This document shows, in pieces, positions 1 to 14,096 of a DNA stretch of 64,000 bases. The DNA is from Parasitella parasitica NRRL 2501 (Eukaryota; Fungi; Mucoromycota): contig MU619249.1 in NCBI GenBank assembly GCA_025201805.1, forward strand, positions 62,001 to 126,000, in the 5' to 3' direction. The notes below the pieces were generated by a model that saw nothing but the letters and a program-made list of their open reading frames with translations, ran no database searches and was not told the origin of the DNA. Within the stretch, counting starts at the first letter, position 1. Every line of letters begins with the position of its first letter. The translations under genes were made by a program, and so were the position numbers.

Positions 1-334
1 ACAACATAAATTACTTACAAAAAAAAACTTTTGTTTCAGGTTTATTTAGTTAGTATGTTATATTAGAGTTGAAAGTTTCACTACTAGGTTACGTGCATAA
101 GGAAATAAGTAACAGGAGGGAGACGGATCTATTTCCAAGATGTTATGTGACACATTTCCTGCTACTGGCAAGTATCCAGGACCTGAATTGTGGATAGTAT
201 TGATGTACCCAGTAAATGGGATGGAGACGTCATCTATTTTGAAGAACATGAATTATTTGTTAAACAAAAACTATGATATGGCTCATTTTTCCTCTTTCTT
301 TCTTATTCAAATATAGTTTTAGATTTCTCTAAAA

Positions 335-1300
335 ATGGCTTTTTCTCCTTCTGAATTTAAGCCTTTCAAGGTAAGATAATTGTGCATTGCCTATCTAAAT
401 ATTCACATTTTGTGGTTGCCTAGCTTGAAAAAGTTGAACGCGTTAATCACAATGTCAGTCTCTTCCGTTTCAAGTTTCCCAATGATACACACGTAGCAGG
501 TTTACCTGTTACCTCGTGTGTTGTTTTCCGTGCTCTAATCACAAAAGACGGCAAAACTCAAGAAGTCATTCGTCCTTACACTCCTACCTCTCCTGAGAGC
601 AGCAAAGGCTATGTTGACTTTGTTATCAAAGATTATCCTCAAGGTGTCATGAGTAGGCATGTTCATTCTATGAAGGTAGGCGATACTATTGATATAAAAG
701 GTCCTTTTGAAAAATGGAATTGGGAAACGAATCCTGTTGCTGAGGTTGGCATGATTGCCGGTATGTATTTGTAAATAATTAATTTAGATGACTTGGTATT
801 TAATCACTTTCTTTTTCTTCAATAGGTGGTACCGGTATTACACCTATGGTAAAATAACTATAGAAATGGTGTGATTTGTGTACTAGATTATTAATCTTTT
901 TTATCAATAGCTTCAATTATTACGCAGAGTATTTGATAGCAAATCCACTGATATGACTTCCAAATTCACTTTAATTTTTGGTAACATCGCCGAGGAAGAT
1001 ATTCTGTTCAAGAAGGAATTAGATGAGCTTGAAAAGAACCATTCGAATAACTTCAAGGTTCATTACGTTTTGGAAAAGCCTGCTGCTGGCTGGACTGGTA
1101 GTACTGGCTATGTTACTCTAGAACTGATTGAGAAATACATGCCCAAGCCTAATGCCGAATCCTCCGTTGTTTTTGTCTGTGGCCCTACTCCTTTGATGGA
1201 AGTTGTTAGTGGCGACAAGAATCCGGATAAGAGCCAAGGTCCTTTGGGAGGGTTTTTGTTGAATTTAGGCTACACCAAAGACTATGTTTATAAATTTTAA
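335..1300 (+). CDS. MCR1: NADH-cytochrome b5 reductase, Mcr1-like (4 exons: ~335-370, 424-761, 826-848, 911-1300)
   Basis: Spliced translation MAFSPSEFKPFK/LEKVERVNHNVSLFRF...IRPYTP...YPQGVMS...MIAG/GTGITPM/LQ...VCGP...YKF contains the FAD-binding RPYTP motif, the NADH-binding GGTGITP motif and the C-terminal CGP and terminal F; introns are canonical GT-AG. Confidence 0.88.
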
Positions 1301-1739
1301 TGTATAATAAACGTTGGTACGCATTTTGCTACGAGTTACGGTCGTAAAACTCTCTACACGTCAATTTTATATTATAATCTCCAAAAATTCAGGTGCACCA
1401 CTGTCGGTGGTTTATTACATTATTTGACCCGATTTTTGCGTGAAGTACCTTGATGCATTGGTAACCATTTAAATCCAGTAGTCTGGATCATACATCAAAT
1501 TGTTTTTACAGATTGAACATCCAAGCAAAATGCAAGCTGTAATCAACATTGAGGAATAATTTATAAATATATTTTATATCATTATTATTATATCGAACTA
1601 TATTGTGATTGTTTATGGGATTGTACAATGATAATAAATAATAGGCAAAGGAAACAGCAAGACTTTTTTCACGAATATAGTATGCAAAGAGTTGGGTATA
1701 CTTTTTTTTTTGTCTGTAGGGTGTTGATTGAATATATAG

Positions 1740-4412
1740 CTAGAATTTGTAACCACATTTTTTCATTTTCATGGCAATTTTTGGTGGAAGGCTACAAAGT
1801 TTCTTTTTGGGTCGATCTTGCTGTTGTTCATCGGAATACCCAATATCCAAGGTAAATGTCAGGACTTTATCACTTAACGGGCTAAAATCTCTTTTGATAA
1901 TACCCACAATATCGTCAAACGGGATAAAGAATAATGGGCGTTGAATAAAAAGAGATTTGTCTTGATGAATCATGCCACTTAAAGTAGACCACAATTTAGC
2001 TTTACCATCAGAGCTGATTGCTTGCCGCTTGCCACTCAAATATGAGTAGCTAGACCAGAATTCTTCTAATGTAAGCCCAAGGAAAAGGCTCACTTGAAGG
2101 TCAACAACATGATAGGTTGATGATCCTTGGTTGATTTTTACAGTATAAAGAGGAGAGTAACAAGGCTCTTTTCCTTTCGTCTGCTTCTCCGGCGGAGGGG
2201 TGTGAATGGGTGAATGGGGTTGATGCTCCACTGACATGTCTTGTTGCGTTGTAGATGTACTGTACAGATTTTGCTTGGAAGGTAAATATTGTTGCTCAGT
2301 AGGTTTAGCCATGTTTTCCTTTTCGAAATCAAGATGGATTTCTGGCTCCCTCTTGATTCTAGTGAAGTCAGACTCTGAAATTTCCGCATGATTTTTGCGG
2401 TGACGATGCGATGAAGAATTCTCTGCTGACTCTTGTCCATCTAATTTATAGACTACTAAAGGAGAGTTTCTTTTCAAAGCTGCTGCTTGAACTAACCGAC
2501 GCTTTTTTGCTTGAGGTTTGATTGGTTTTTCATTGTTGCTTGCGGTGTTTGTTTGCACTAAAGAAAGAAACAGAAGGTTAATTTATGTAATACTTATTTG
2601 AATTGCAAACTTACCATCCGTCATTGGCCGTTTATCTGATGTAAATACCTCTTGTTTCACTAGCGTTTTCTTGTTTCGCTTTTTTTTGTTTACGGTATTA
2701 ACTGCCTGCAATACTAATATGATTTCTTGGAATTCATGTTCATTGGCGATATCAATAGGTTCAGTATCATGCACATTGCGCGCAAAAGGATCAGCACCAT
2801 GCTCTAGTAATAGTTCTACAATATCACAATGGTTGTTTTCTGTTGCGTCATGGAGAGGAGTGTCTAAATCGGCACCTTTCGAATTAACATCTGCACCGTA
2901 CTCCAAAAGAATTTTTACCACTTGGAAATGTCCACTCAACGCAGCTTCGTGAAGTGCTGTCCAACCAGCGTAATCTTTTTCGTTTGCATCAGCGCCAAGT
3001 TTTAATAAGCTTTCTACGTTGTCGACATCTCCTCGCTTAGCATACTTGTGAAGATGTGTTCGACCACTCGTATCCTTTTTGGATGTGTCTAATTTCGCCA
3101 TATTAGACTTTCTACCGCCGGAACCATCACTTTCAACAGAAAGAGATTTTCTGCGGCTACGAATAACGATTCTTTTTCTACGCTTTGTTAATGTGATGGG
3201 GCCAGTAACTTCGTCCAATTGCTGTAGCTGCTGCTGCTGCTGCTGTTTCCCATTATCCATATTAGCGAATGCGCGTAAATAATTCTGGATTTTGCGTTCT
3301 TCCCGTGTCAATTGACGTACAGGTTCATTTCGTGATGCCGTCTTACTAGCAATCTCATCTAAAGCATTGCAAGCTTCTTTCTGCAAACGAACTTCATCCA
3401 TACGTGCTGTTAAGATCTGCCGGATAGTCGGGAATGCTGTCGAAACATGGTAAGGTGTCTTTCCTGCCTTATCTTCCATGTTTACGTCTGCTCCCGCATT
3501 AATCAGCAGGTTGACTATTTCTTGGTGTCCATGACGACTAGCTTCATGCAGCGGTGTATCCATTTGATTTGTACCGAGAATATTAATGATAGCATCTTGA
3601 TCAATCAAGAGTTTCACAATGTCCGCATGACCATATGCACAAGCTAAATGAAGTGGCGTGGCATCTTCATCATCTTTAGCGTGAACATCAGCACCTTGTT
3701 CAATTAAAGACTGAGCCTTTTCCAACATATTTGCCAAACAAGCACGATGTAACGAGGATCGACCATTTTTATCTCGAGCGAGTAATTGATCCAATTGCTT
3801 CATTTTGATTTGCACTATGCGTTTACATTGTGTGTCAGTACAGACATCAACAGGCTTCTTCTCAGCTTCATTCAATGCAAAAACATCAGCGCCTGCGTCA
3901 ACTAATAGTTCAATACACTCTGGCGAATTGCTGTTGCAAGCATCATGCAAGGGAGTGTCGAGTCCAAAACCACGAACATTAACTTCGGCGCCGCAGCTGA
4001 TAAGGTATCCCACAATTTCGTGTTGCCCTTTTAATGCAGCTTCATGCAAAGGAGTCCATCCAGCATTGTCTTTAAAGTTAACATCAGCACCACAGTTGAC
4101 TAATTCTTTCACTTTGTCTAAATGGCCAGCAGTAGTAGCATAGAATATCTTTGTACGTCCAGCTTTGTCTTTTCTATTCGGATTTTGATAGGTTTTTTTG
4201 CCATTCTTTTTCAATGTAAGTTCTGGCGATGATGAGTTTGTCGGTAAGCGACTGAACTTTTTTTTCTGAAGTTTGAGATTAATCATGTCCTCCTCGTCGT
4301 CCTCTTCATCTGACTTTGCACATGAATTATCAACTTGTTTGTTAGTAGAAACATTAAGCTGAGACACTTCAGACGCTGTTGACTTGGGTGTTTGGGATAT
4401 AGAGTGATTCAT
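1740..4412 (-). CDS. Ankyrin-repeat protein with three ankyrin clusters (ANKRD11/12- or Hos4-like nuclear protein); 2 exons 4412-2615 and 2557-1740
   Basis: Repeated GRT/GWTPLHEA/DTPLHDA ankyrin motifs and basic NLS-like stretches; a GTAAGT donor at 2614 and TAG acceptor at 2558 join the two ORFs in frame (D-V-QTN). Confidence 0.85.
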
Positions 4413-7032
4413 ATGAAGAAGTGAATGAAAAGAAAAGCTATGAAGATTTTTGGTAAATGCCTCTTCTTATAAATGTATCAATGTGCGTAGCCTACATTGA
4501 TTTGATTGATTATATAATAATGTGAAAAAAGTAGAAGGTATATACAAGGTATCAGGTAGTTTGAAGTAAAAAAAGTTCGTTGCTTTGAACAACCAAATAA
4601 AAAAAATTGTACAGTTAGTAATTCAAGCATGGAAACTAGCTCTTTCTACTGACAATTACCTTTTATATCCCCTTTATGGTGTCAATAAGTGCCACTTGTA
4701 TATTATCAAGTCAATATCAGTATTTTTAATGACAAAAAAACTGCTAAAAGAAATGGTAATTACAATCTATTAAAAAAAGAAGAAAAGAAGAAAAGAAGAA
4801 AAGTGAAAAATGAAAAGAAAGAGGAAGAAGAAGAACAAATTGATTGGAGTCTTCTTCTTTTCCCTACACAAGGAAATACAACTGTTGAGTTACAGTGACT
4901 GTTGCTTGTTTAATTCATTGCCAAAGAGATGGATTAATAGAAAAATCAAATGCCTTGATAAATTAGCACCGCATTTTCTATCGAGTAACACACTAATGAA
5001 TAGAATATACCAAGACTATGGTGCTGAATAAACTTTACCGCAGCATTTGCAATTTTAAAAATTTACAAATTAAGACGTTATGAGCGAGCTTATGAGACAA
5101 CAATATATCTATGCCTTTCTTGGCAAAACTCATTTTAACTTTTTATGTTTGAGATTTCAATATGCTTAAAATCATTTTGTTTAGACTGTGAATGTGAATA
5201 ACTTCATTACATTATGGTTCATACTTTAATAATTATGTCCTTTCTATGAGTTCAAATTGTATAATGTAAATGGTATCAATCATCGCTATCTGAGCATAAG
5301 TTGGTTTCCACTGGGCGATGCGTCTATCAAAAGTTATCTGCAAAAAAGTTTTGCCTTTTCAATAGCGGAGTTAGAAATATCCAATCACGTGATATGGTGG
5401 CTACATGGAGTAAAAGTTTCCACTTTCTTTAAATTGTAGTATATGTTTGCTCAAGCAAGTTGCGATGGTCAACAGTTATCAAGTAGTATATAGGTAGAAT
5501 AATGAAACATGTTAATGTTGGGTCGTTATTTCTAATTACTGACATTACCGCCTCGGTCATTACTTACTATTATATAATATGTGTGAGATATTACTTGAGA
5601 TTTGGGCAATTAAGGATAGTGGTGGCAAGGATCTATACATTTATTAAATAAAAATAAATGATATGGAAAAAGGACAGATAAATTTACTTACATTCATTTA
5701 TCTTCGGTATTAGCATATTTATATGATTTAGGAAAATGACATAAATTCTTGAAGATCAGTTTGTCTATTGCTTATATGCTGTCTGCTTACAGATCATTAC
5801 AAGTAATTTAATAGGAATGTGTCATGTGCAAGGTACGGTTGATCAGTTGTGGCAGGTCACTCCTATTAGTTAGTAAATAGACTTTTATATAATTATAGTG
5901 ATAATCAATATTAAAATAGGTAAGAATATCAAGTAGAAGATATCTTCATGTCTGCTAATAAGAATATTGCCTATATTTTGGATATGTTACAAGACATCAT
6001 GTAATGTGAACCATCATACAAGTACACAAAAAAGTATTGTTATGATACCACCGAAGCTGAAGTTATAAGGTCTGAATCATCATTGTAGATCATCGATTCT
6101 TAAAAACGATGTCAAATTGAAACAAACTTTTTTCAGGGATAAAAATTCAAATCATGGAATATATGTCAGAATAAAAGCACATCTGTTAATACAATAAATA
6201 TGGGAATACCATTGTATCCGTATCGAAATTCCTAGTTTTTCCTTTAAAAGTAACTTTTCATTTTTAAATCGATCACGACGTTAGCAAACTATCTGCAAAA
6301 TAAAAAATATAATATTGTGGATGTAAGATGCGCTATAAAAATTTTACAATGGTAAACGTAAAACGAAGTGTACAATAATATGTTGTTGTTGGAACGATAT
6401 CGCTTAGGAATGACGTATATGGCTGGACAAAAGTTTAAATTTAGAAACGAGCTCGCTATCTTTTTATGCTCACTTTCATTCGTTTTTCATCTTATCCTTG
6501 TCTTCTGTCATGTTTTTCTGTTTTACTTGCAAGTATATAACACTATACATCAATGTTTTATAATTCATACTTATTTTTCTATATACAATAGTCGGCCTTG
6601 AGCGATATAAACGTAAATCGGGACACAATGTTTGGCATTGTCCCAATTGCCAAGCCAAAGATGTGTATCATATAAAAAACAATGAATGTTTTACTTTTTG
6701 CTTTATACCGTTGGTGCCTTGTGGATCCACAAAGACGCTTTATGAATGTCAAACATGTGGATGGGTGAATGTAAACCATCCCAACTTCTAACGCCAAATT
6801 ACTATCCGTTGTTTTATGCTTGATTTACCCCTCCCCACACTTTTGTAAAGGATCGTTTCTAATTACAACAATAAACACCCATCAACTATTAATTATTACA
6901 CGATATAATATAAAACTTGACATCTTTTATTGTATAATTATGATTTATCTTGTTTTTCAAATAGCATTAGCGAGTTTATGCAAAGTGATGCTTTGCGGCG
7001 TTTACCTTTTTGGCATATGTATACACAACATG

Positions 7033-7904
7033 CTAATAGTCTCTTCGAAGTCTGTTTCCACGCCTGTTCTTTTTCCTTTCATTTTCCTTATCCACCTCTT
7101 TCTTCATCAGTATCTGAGCCAAGCGAATGAATAAAGAGTACAAATCCATAAACAGTTCCATTGCATGTCCAGGTATATCCATTGATCCAGCACTTGCATG
7201 TTCAACAATCATTTGGGTATCATACATCACTATACATAGATGTTTATAAGCTATGCGCATCAAACTAATAAGCATTGCTTACCAAACCCAGCAAATGCCA
7301 ACAAACCAATATACAAATCCAAAGAGAAGATGGATGTGGACCTGATAAAGAAAGTATTTGCGAGTGACAACCATAACAAAACGCTCAAGGCACTGCTAGC
7401 AAGCGCACCAACATACAGCATGCTACGACGATCTGCCATGATTGCGCTCCCAGAAAACCCTAAAAATATCAAAACTGCAGACGATAAAGCCATAAATATG
7501 ATATTTCCCGATGGATCCCAATTGAGAAAGAATGATATAAATGTCGATAATGCTACACCACTGAATATAGAGTATAACTTTTTCCATATACGTATTATTT
7601 ATTAGTATTGCTCACCTTATTTAATAAATGTAGATATACTTACTGCCAATAGGACCCATCGATTTCTACTTCTTGGAGCTGTATATCTGAACATAGAAGC
7701 GCTGGTAAATGCTCCCAGTGTACCTATGGGTGATCCTGCTGCGCCAAGGTAATCGCCAACTTGAGTACCTGCTGTCGCAATAGCGCACATAGCAGCTAAT
7801 GTCAGGTATACATTGACTAAATGACGACGTACAGGTTGACTAAGTGCATTTGAGCTGCTGCTTTGACTGGACGATGACCCAAAATATTGCTGTTTATCAG
7901 ACAT
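7033..7904 (-). CDS. TMBIM6: Bax inhibitor-1 family membrane protein (3 exons)
   Basis: VRRHLVNVYLTL N-terminal motif, several hydrophobic segments, YDTQMIVE and HAMELFMDLYSLFIRL motifs, and a basic C-terminal tail, all typical of BI-1. Confidence 0.9.
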
Positions 7905-8087
7905 GGTTGAATATAAAGAAAGACAACAATATAAACAGCTTTTGTCTTGAGCATTACACGTTACAATTTGATTGGAAATGGTTGAATATTTTACCGGATG
8001 AGATTCAACATTTTCATCAAGTTGAACGGACTAGAGAATTCGAGAATTAACAAACCAAAAAGTGGAACCACACACTGAAATATATTG

Positions 8088-8322
8088 TCCCTTCTTTCAC
8101 ACTGCAGGTAAAATTATCGAATCCAACTATCCATCCATCAATCCATCCATCAATCCATCCATTTCACGGAGAAGATGTCGATGATGTGGATCCATAGATT
8201 GAACATGTAAAACAGTAAAACTAATTGTCCTTTTTATATATATATATATTTATATATCAAAATCAAACATTATTACCTTTCAACAAATTTCGTCCATACA
8301 AAACACACACTTTATGATATAG
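8088..8322 (+). promoter_or_regulatory. Putative RPS5 5' non-coding exon with an oligopyrimidine tract, plus a 5'-UTR intron (8108-8322)
   Basis: TCCCTTCTTTC at 8088-8098, CAG|GTAAAA donor at 8108, and a TAG acceptor ending at 8322, 6 nt before the ATG; (ATCC)n repeats lie within. Confidence 0.55.
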
Positions 8323-8328
8323 TAAAAC

Positions 8329-9010
8329 ATGGTTGCTTTGAATTTACCTGCTGACGTTTTGGCTACCGCTGATGGTACCCGTAAACTCTTCAACAAGTGG
8401 TCTTATGAGGATGTTGAGGTTAAGGATATCTCTCTCCAGGATTATATCCAAATCCGTCAACAAGTTTACTTGCCTCACACTGCTGGTCGTTTCGCTGTCA
8501 AGCGTTTCCGTAAGGCTCAGGTAAGTTGGGGGGTTTTTTTTTGTGATTAGAGAGAAAGAGGGAAATGGTTTTATTAAACACACGGCATAGTGTCCCATTG
8601 TTGAACGTTTGACCAATGCTCTTATGATGACTGGTCGCAACAACGGTAAGAAGCTCATGGCTGCCCGTATTGTTCAACACGCTTTCGAGATTGTTCACTT
8701 GTTGACTGATGCCAACCCTCTTCAAATCCTCGTTGACGCCATCATCAACTGTGGTCCTCGTGAAGACTCCACCCGTATCGGTTCTCAAGGTACTGTCCGT
8801 CGTCAAGCTGTCGATGTCTCTCCTCTCCGTCGTGTCAACCAAGCCATCTCTTTGTTGACCGTGGGCACCAGAGAGTCTGCTTTCCGTAACGTCAAGACTG
8901 TTGCCGAATGTCTCGCTGATGAGTTGATCAATGCTGCTAAGGGCTCTGCCAACTCTTATGCTATCAAAAAGAAGGACGAACTTGAACGTGTTGCCAAGTC
9001 TAACCGTTAA
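8329..9010 (+). CDS. RPS5: 40S ribosomal protein S5 (uS7); intron 8521-8590
   Basis: [18 protein letters not shown]..., [33 protein letters not shown]; strong codon bias. Confidence 0.98.
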
Positions 9011-9044
9011 AGAGTTTATTTCTCATTCAAAGCTTCTCATTCAA

Positions 9045-9117
<73 letters not shown>

Positions 9118-9121
<4 letters not shown>

Positions 9122-12070
9122 TGATCGTTGTCCTCTTGAGCGTAGTAGAGCTTTCTTTCTTCGATTTGCTCTTCGATGCTTTTGAGATTGGGAACGTTCA
9201 AGTAGCCTTTGTGGTATGTCAACACTTCCTCTAACAGCAAATGTGGGATCAAGTTTCTTCTTGGGGCTACTTTTAAGCAGTGTTCGGCGTCCATTCGTAA
9301 ATCCAGCACGCTATTGTAATGAGCCCCGGAACTAAAACCGATACGAAGCGAGTACTCCTTCTCAGGGACACTTTGTCGATTTCGTTCATACAATTCAAAT
9401 GTAATTTGAGTCAGAACTATGAACGTATTTAAATAAACCGACGATTGTTATTAGTATATAGTAGATAAATGCGAAATTACTAGAACACACTTACAATCTA
9501 ATTCGGGCAACGTGTTTCTAGGAACCTTAGTTGGTACCCCCGAGAGATAAATCAAGTTCAACAGGGCGTGTACATGAGATTCTTTGGTGAAATAAAGGCG
9601 AGTTCTTGCACTGTCAGCAGATTTCATTTCGTCCAAATCACTCAGAATCCTCTTAAGTAAAGGAAAACTAATCAGCATACCAATGTTTTTCTTTTCAGTG
9701 TCTGAAATGCCAAATTCTTGAGGTGCAATAAAGTCAAACATAATCTTGACAGTCTTATATAAACGACGGATATCCGAACCGCATCTGCTCAAAATAGGGA
9801 CAGAGTTGGAATCAGAGGATGTGCGAAGATTGCTAGCACTGCTGTTATCGACATCCTCGCCATTGTTGCTTGCTTCATCGGTAAACATGGCTTGAAGGAA
9901 CGGCCTATTGTGCAGAGCATCATATTTGAGTGAGTCGTACAAGGCAGGGATCCAGGAAGGGTCAGGATATGTCTCTGGGTGCATGGCACGTCTTAATTCA
10001 GATTCATCGCTTTCATCACCGGTTTGAGTAGATGCAAAGTTGCGAAACATCTTTTCCCATCTTTCCCTGAAAAGCATAGGCGAATCAAAGCAGCACCATC
10101 TTCTTTGAATGTTGTCTACGTCCTTGGTGGCCCAATTTTCGCGCATCACGCGTTGCATGCGAGCCATGATGGTAGAAATTTCTTGCAGAATAACGTAGGG
10201 TTGGGGTAATTTAGCAGACCAGCCCAATTGAGCCAACATCCATTCAGGAATGTCATTACCAGGTCTCAGCAGACCCTTCAACTGACGTTTGACAGCATCT
10301 GCCTGGTCTTTTGCAGCATTACTATCATCCAGCAAATATTTGCTTTCCGAGATAACGCCATCCAAAGACTCAGGATCACCCAGGAACCAGCGAGCGAATA
10401 CTTGGGCTGTGTCTCTTACGCGTCTCTCTGAACTGGTGAAGACTTTGACATCTTGCAAGACATCTCTATTGAGGATATTCATGTCTTTTCTCAAGTTTTC
10501 TGCCAGATCTCTTGATTGATGACGACCAGCGTGCGTAAATTCTCCTCCCCACTTGACAATAACTTGCAGTTTGATGAGTTCGTTGGTGTTTTTATCAAAT
10601 TTAGGCTTCAGCTGAACTTTTGTACCAGCTAGAACATGCTTCTTTTCCAAAACTTCCTTTAGGTTTCTCAGTTTCTCTTCATTTTCGACTGCGGGCGCTT
10701 CCAAGCATTCATCCAAGGCGGCGATCACTGACTCTAGTTGATGCTTTTGTCTAAACACAACTTCACGTTTGGACCCTTCAAGTAAATCAATGAAAGGCTG
10801 CTCCATGATGGTCATTTTGAGTTTTTCTTTAGGAGTGCGATCACCATGGCGGAAGACGGCAATAAATCCCTTCAAACGCCATGAGTTTTCAGGTGATATT
10901 TCGGGTGGAATCTGGTCTGCCAATGACAATGGTCTCTCTTGAACAGATCTGTAAAAGGCCTCTTTGAGAATCTTGGCACACTGATCGTAGTAAAAGTCAT
11001 TTCCTTTAACAAAGCTCCAGCCATTGACGTCAATGACATAAGATTTTCCTTGAACTCTTAAGATATCCAATCCACAAACAGCCTGTCCGAATGTCTTTGA
11101 TACTTTTCTAGCAATGTCCTCTTCTTCTTGAGTCAGCTTGGCGCAATATCGGATCTCTTTGCCATCTGTGTTACGCTTGACATGGCCGTCCACAGTGGGG
11201 GATTTCCTGGTTTCAGCATGGACAAATCGAGGGCCTACCGTGTATAACTTTATATCCTCGCAGCTCTCTGTTTCCATAAGTTTCTCATACACCCAGGACC
11301 CTTCTGAACAGGGAGTGTTCAGCTCTGGGTCGTACTGACTAGATTTGTTGCCAATTTTCCTGAATAGTCTTCTGCCACCGCCGCCTTTCTTTTGTGAGTA
11401 ATAAATGTTGATATTGTGGTTTTCTCCATCAGCAGGCTTTTCAATAAATGTCTTTTCAAGGAACTGACCGTCCACCTCGATTCCTTCATCCGACGTCACA
11501 ACAGACTTTGGATTCGAAGCGTATCTAGCTAAAACACGATCAATGTCCATGCCAGAGCATTCTTTGAAAGCAGCCGCCGCATCAGGACTCACTTTTGCGC
11601 CGCCATCTCTTGAAACAACAAGGCGAGGGGGAGTAGGTACACCGATTGCATCTAGGATCGACAAAACAACTCTTCGGTCCCACAGTAATGTTTGCATATG
11701 CACGTTGTTAACTGCAAATGGCTTTCTAAGTTTGGTGTATGCAACTGCTTTTTCCATAGGAAACCCGCCAGAAAAGAAACAAATTAAAAAATCACAGCCA
11801 GGCCAATTCTCAACGTCTTCATCTAAAATGGTTTTGTCGCCAAAGATGACAATTTCAAAATCTCCATGTGCCAGCAGTCTGTTCAAGATGTGCCTCATAG
11901 GTTTTGATCTTGCTTTTCTATCCATTGCACATACGCCCACAACATCTATTCAAGATTGGTGATTAGTGCGACCCAACAATAAAAAAAAAAAAAAAAAAAA
12001 AAAACATGTCTTTACATTTTGCTCTACCAGAACTCTTTTCTGATAACAAAGGAGAAGCTGTTGTTGGCAT
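9118..12070 (-). CDS. VIP1: Inositol hexakisphosphate/diphosphoinositol-pentakisphosphate kinase (Vip1/Asp1/PPIP5K); 3 exons
   Basis: VGVCAMDRKARSKPM, ATP-grasp kinase with HAETRKSP and VIDVNGWSFVKGN, histidine-phosphatase RHGDRTPK, and TRLYFTKESH...PELDY. A short first exon (MPTTASPLL...) starts at 12070. Confidence 0.95.
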
Positions 12071-14096
12071 GGCTCTATTATTACGAGTGAGCGGGTTGGT
12101 TCAGTAATAAATATTTAACAAAAAAAGTTTATAAGGGAGGAAAAGAACGATACTTGTAAAGGCCCCCCAATGCCTTTTTTTTATAGTTTTTTTAGGGGAA
12201 TTAAAAAATTTGACAAAGATAGGCTTTGTGTCTCCACACGTGAATGGGGTAAAATGCTCTTTCATTTTGGCTGATACGTCATTTTACCCTGGATCAGAAT
12301 ATCCTCTTGAGACGGCAACTCTACACAAGATCTCTCCTGTCGAAAATTACGTTGGACCATATACATGACACTCTTCTTATTTACTAAACATCTGTACAAC
12401 ACATCATGAAGAGCTGCTGCTGATGCTATCAAGTCCAAACCCTTTTTAGTCATCACAAATGGCCAATTAATGAGATTCAAGACTCGACATCATTTTATTT
12501 GTGGAACCAATGACTCAAAGCAAGCAGCATGATTCACAGATATGTTGTATAGAATGATGATGATGCAAGCAATGGTAGTATTAGTATTAGTGTTAGTAGT
12601 AATAGTAGTAGTAGGTATGCCATTGAATGACTTCCAAAGGATTTTCTGGCTACTACATCAGATAGTTTTCTGTTGGGTCAAATCAGTCATTGATCCAGTG
12701 TTTGACCCCTCTCTTTTGCTTTTCATTTCAACATGGAAATACTTGATGACTATGTTGCCCGAAAGGGTAAGGCAAGGCTTAACATAGAGTTTTCGGGAGA
12801 GAAACCTTATCTGCACATGCTGTGACAACTTGCAGCCTGAGCAAAGAGAAATAGACTTGAAGACCTTCTAGGCGCACGCAGTTGATACACATTTCCAACA
12901 AAAATCCTGATATCAATGCAAGTTCTTGTTTCAGTACCGGTTTGTACCGTTTTTTTTAGGCAATTGAAGATTATTTTCGTTGATTTTGAGCTATCAATGA
13001 ATTGTTCGAGTTTGACATATCCAATTACATATTTAACCTTTTACAGTAACTACTGTAAATCCTAATTCTGCGTTTGACGACGGCCAGCGCCTTGGCAATA
13101 CCATTAAAACCGTAATGTTCAAAAGCAATCGCTGAGACGCACTCAAAGAAAAAGCGCAAAAAGTAGTAAATGTCATGATGTAAATGCGTTATTTTTTGAT
13201 TCAAATATTTTCATATTTCTAATTTAGCCATGACGAGTATGCAACAATTGACTGACGCAGTGTTGACTAAAGATGGAATCAAGAGGCTCCATTTTAAAAT
13301 TTGCTAATTTTTCATGAGTTCCTGCATGCTCATGTGTCTTTGCTATATGTCAGTGCACGTTCGTACAATTGCAATTCATAAGAAGCTGGAGACAAATTGG
13401 CTGGGACTTTCATTGAATTAGAATGTGCACTCTTACTCATTTATACCATCCCCAAGCCAGCTACTCATTTGTCTTTCAAACTGCACTGGTTACTAAAGCT
13501 CTGAATTCACAAAATCTAGCTTTTCAAGTACATCTGCGTCATGTACTGATGGATTTCGTTTGAAATGTACGCTTAAAGGTACTGCTGACATGATCATTAC
13601 TCATAGGACTTATCTGGGCGAAAATTACATAGCTAACAAAATACGCTCCCTTGAATATAAATATATGCTGACTCGCAACTTCAGATCCATTTTGAAAGTC
13701 ATTGAAAAGAGCATAAAACTCTTGATTTCAACAGCTTAAAAATAATCAAGGTTTTTGGCATTTCAAATGCACTATGAAAAAAAATGTTTCTCGCTATAGA
13801 ATGATCATTTCCATTTCCATTAACATTTTAATAAAAGAAAAATATTATATAGTGGATAACATCCACTTTTACAGCGTATCAAAGATATATTTTGCAATTT
13901 TCTAATTTCATTTTTATGGATTTCAGTAAACAGTAACTTGCAGAAAAGACCAAAAGTTTAAGCATTAATCAGTAGTATCGTACTCGCTAGTTTTTGGCTT
14001 TTACAGGCGATAATAAAGTCCATGTCTCATCAAATTGTTAACGCATATTATCATTCACTGTAATTAAGGTTTATTAGTTAAAAGGGGTATGATCCT

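Noticed and set aside
4420-7000. Short ORFs in the AT-rich region between the ankyrin and BI-1 genes
   Set aside because: Low-complexity or random-looking translations; no consistent exon chain or recognisable motif.
8170-8230. Box C/D snoRNA in the RPS5 5'-UTR intron
   Set aside because: Only a partial box C-like word; no canonical CTGA box D or terminal stem found, so it is not called as a feature.
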